Shown here: positions 61,701 to 64,000 of the stretch, piece after piece
How positions within the stretch are numbered: the stretch's first letter is position 1
Layout: each line of letters starts with the position of its first letter
Origin: Cenococcum geophilum
Taxonomy: Eukaryota
Reading direction: 5' to 3'
Assembly (NCBI GenBank): GCA_050273025.1
Contig: CP158636.1
Coordinates: 8,494,001-8,558,000, forward strand
DNA length: 64,000 nucleotides
Program-made: the position numbers and the translations under genes
The notes under the pieces: model-generated
The model's input: only the letters and a program-made list of their open reading frames with translations
What the model was told of the DNA's origin: nothing
The model's database searches: none

Positions 61701-64000
61701 CCTATTAATAATTCTTTATATAGGTACTCTGTCCCTTATATAACCTAGTATACTAAATCTCTAGTCTAGTTTCTATTCTTACTATGTAAGGATTCTCTAT
61801 CTAAATTTCTCTATAGTTTCCTTTGTTTTTTGCCTTATAAGTAAATCCTTAAAGTCTTCTTACTTTTTAATCTTGGTATTATGTTTCTTAATAGTCCTTA
61901 TTCGTGTATTAAAGTCTTAGTCCTATAGAATTCTTAATCCTAAGCTTGCTTCTATCTTAAGCTTAGCTCTAGCCTTAATCTAACTAGGCTTCTATAGTGT
62001 TCTTATCTTATCTTAAGAGTCCTAAATTCTATTTTATCTTAAGAGTCTTATGCTTTTAGAAAACTTTGTCCTAAGCTTATTTATATATTACTAAACTAAG
62101 CCGTTACTCTGCTCTATCGGTTTTTGTCCATTATAGGTCCTTAAGCTTATCTTATCCCATTTTAGGAATCTTAATCATCTCTTATCTTATCTTAAGAATC
62201 TTAAGCCTTTAGCCTTTTACCTTTATTAAGTGCTAAAGTAGTTTACTATCCTACTTTTCTTACATCTTATAAAGCGATAGACGTTATATCTAGTAGGGTC
62301 TTAATCCCTACTAATATTCCCTATTCTATATTGGAATTATCCTCTACCTTTTTTATAATATCTTTAAGGTCTATATACTCCTAGTAAGCTACCTTTATTA
62401 CCTTATCGTTACTAAATATTTCGCCTATATTAAATTTATTATCCTTAATATCCAATCTATAAGATAGTTCGTTAGTTCCTCTAAACTCTAATAATTTTTA
62501 GCTCTTATGGCTAATAGCTTACGCTATACTTAGCGTCCTTATAAATTTGGTATGCGTTATTATAATAAAACGCGAAACTTCTAATTAAATATTCTTTTAT
62601 TCCTTATAGTATACTATTATCCCTTTATATATATATATCATCTACTAATCTTATTCCTTTTACTATATAGTAACTCTAACCACTTTTATAGTCTTTAACG
62701 TAATAACCCTATTTTCTGCAATTTATATAAGCTCTTTCTTTAAACTATTTTTCTTATTATAGAGTCCGCCTAAACATCTTCTACTGCTAAAATCCCTAGT
62801 TTAGCTTACGCTCCTTAAACCTTTAATTACTTAATCCTTATCCTCTAGGTTTCTATAGTTGTTTATTCTATTTCTTATTTTCTTTAGTACTACTTAGGTT
62901 TATTAACTCTACGCCATACTATAGTTTCTAACTTTAACTTTATTATTGCGTGCCCTACGCCTTATATAACTATAGAACTCTATCCTAACCCTTTTTAGTC
63001 TACTCTCTTTAATAGATCCTATTATTAATCTTAATTACTTAATTAATTAATTCCTTAAGAGTATCCGTATCTTCCATTAGGATAATTACATCCTAGACTT
63101 TTACCTTAAGTCCCTATTTATACTATGCTATAAGCGCCTTATTATTTCATTTAACCTATATTACTAATATTTAAAACTATATTATATACTTAATTACTAA
63201 AGTTTATTATACTAGGTTTTAAAGTTTTCTTTTTACTATAGTAGTTGCCTCTAGGTCTTTAAATATTTACGTTAGGCGTTCTATAAACCTGTTCTAACTT
63301 AAGAATATATACTATACCTCCTAGTTAGTAGTTATTATACCATATTCCTATACCTCCGTAAGGTAAGATTTAAACTACTTAAGTACCCTTCTTGTTAAGA
63401 ATAATCCTATATAAGTGACTTAATCTATAGGCGTTCCTAGTTTTACTCCTTCCTATATAACCTTAAAGTGCATTTATATAAGAAATCCCTTAAGCCTTAA
63501 CTTCTCCCCTAAAAATCGCTTAATTAAGGATAACTTAACCTTAGCTGCTCCAATCCTATTAATTCTTTTTTTAAATATCCTATTATTATCTATTAATTAA
63601 TTAACTATTTCCTATAGCTGTCCAACGGTAACTAGCTAAGAGTTAGTGTTTACTATACTGGTGTCGTTACCTAATCCTAATATAGTTGCTGCCGTTAACG
63701 GCGTTATGGCGGCTGCTTTTAGTGGCATATTATTTAACTTCTTTTACTATAACCTTAGTAGTAAATATATAATAAAGCCTTATAGGAAATACTATGGTAG
63801 ACTTATTAATGGGCTAGGTATATAGGTATAGAATAGTTAACAACGTAAATATAACTAGTAGAGTAGTTACCTAACAGATTAATTCTAATTATATTCTAAG
63901 ATTTACTATAAAGAAGAGAAACTACCTATAGAGACCGTACGTCTTTAAATATATAACTCCTCCCCATAGTAAAGGGTTTAGTACATTAGTACGTCGGCAC

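Larger units (their letters stand above)
50600..63728 (-). pseudogene. gag-pol of the minus-strand Gypsy (split by 52332-59290)
   Basis: ATG at 63728, protease LIDS(G)(A)TRNYI ~60760-60795, RT AYL(D)xIIIY ~59810-59835, RNase H VVETD(A)(S)D ~59370-59393 continuing AYYS(R)KM across the insertion, integrase ~51150-51800, chromodomain Y(E)VK(W)xGY..TT(W)E ~50610-50720. Confidence 0.9.
38909..64000 (-). mobile_element. Ty3/Gypsy chromovirus-type LTR retrotransposon, RIP-inactivated, host to two nested LTR elements; the 5' LTR runs off the right edge
   Basis: The 3' LTR is split into 38909-39041 and 49546-49831, with PPT gaggagggggatag on the minus strand at ~49832-49845. The matching LTR begins at 63768. 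Confidence 0.93.

Overview
This AT-rich window looks like a fungal (filamentous ascomycete-type) transposon graveyard, and no intact host gene was found. Coding relics are riddled with CpA>TpA and TpG>TpA changes, the signature of repeat-induced point mutation (RIP). Terminal repeats and target-site duplications (TSDs) resolve the nesting. A RecQ-type helicase relic is cut by a solo LTR and by a chromodomain Gypsy element (2217-15788), which holds a Copia element (6956-12830). Further GalEa-like Copia copies lie at 1-966 (partial), 16075-22370, 30444-36539 and 39042-49540. A pogo/Fot1 transposon and two MITEs are stacked at single TA sites (22636-27579). A second chromodomain Gypsy (38909 to beyond 64000) contains a gag-only LTR element with a hAT MITE inside it. 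The most unusual observations are four. (1) Two young ~2.1 kb poly(A)-tailed, TSD-flanked retroposons encode only a LINE ORF1 protein. (2) A 2.4 kb LTR element without gag/pol carries a WW + coiled-coil + twin C2HC zinc-finger ORF. (3) A 43-bp CCAAT-flanked palindrome with compensatory changes is shared by three Copia families and a Gypsy-type gag-only element. (4) Both Gypsy elements carry antisense Cys6 zinc-cluster-like ORFs. Protein calls come from manual translation with manual RIP reversal; no database search was run.
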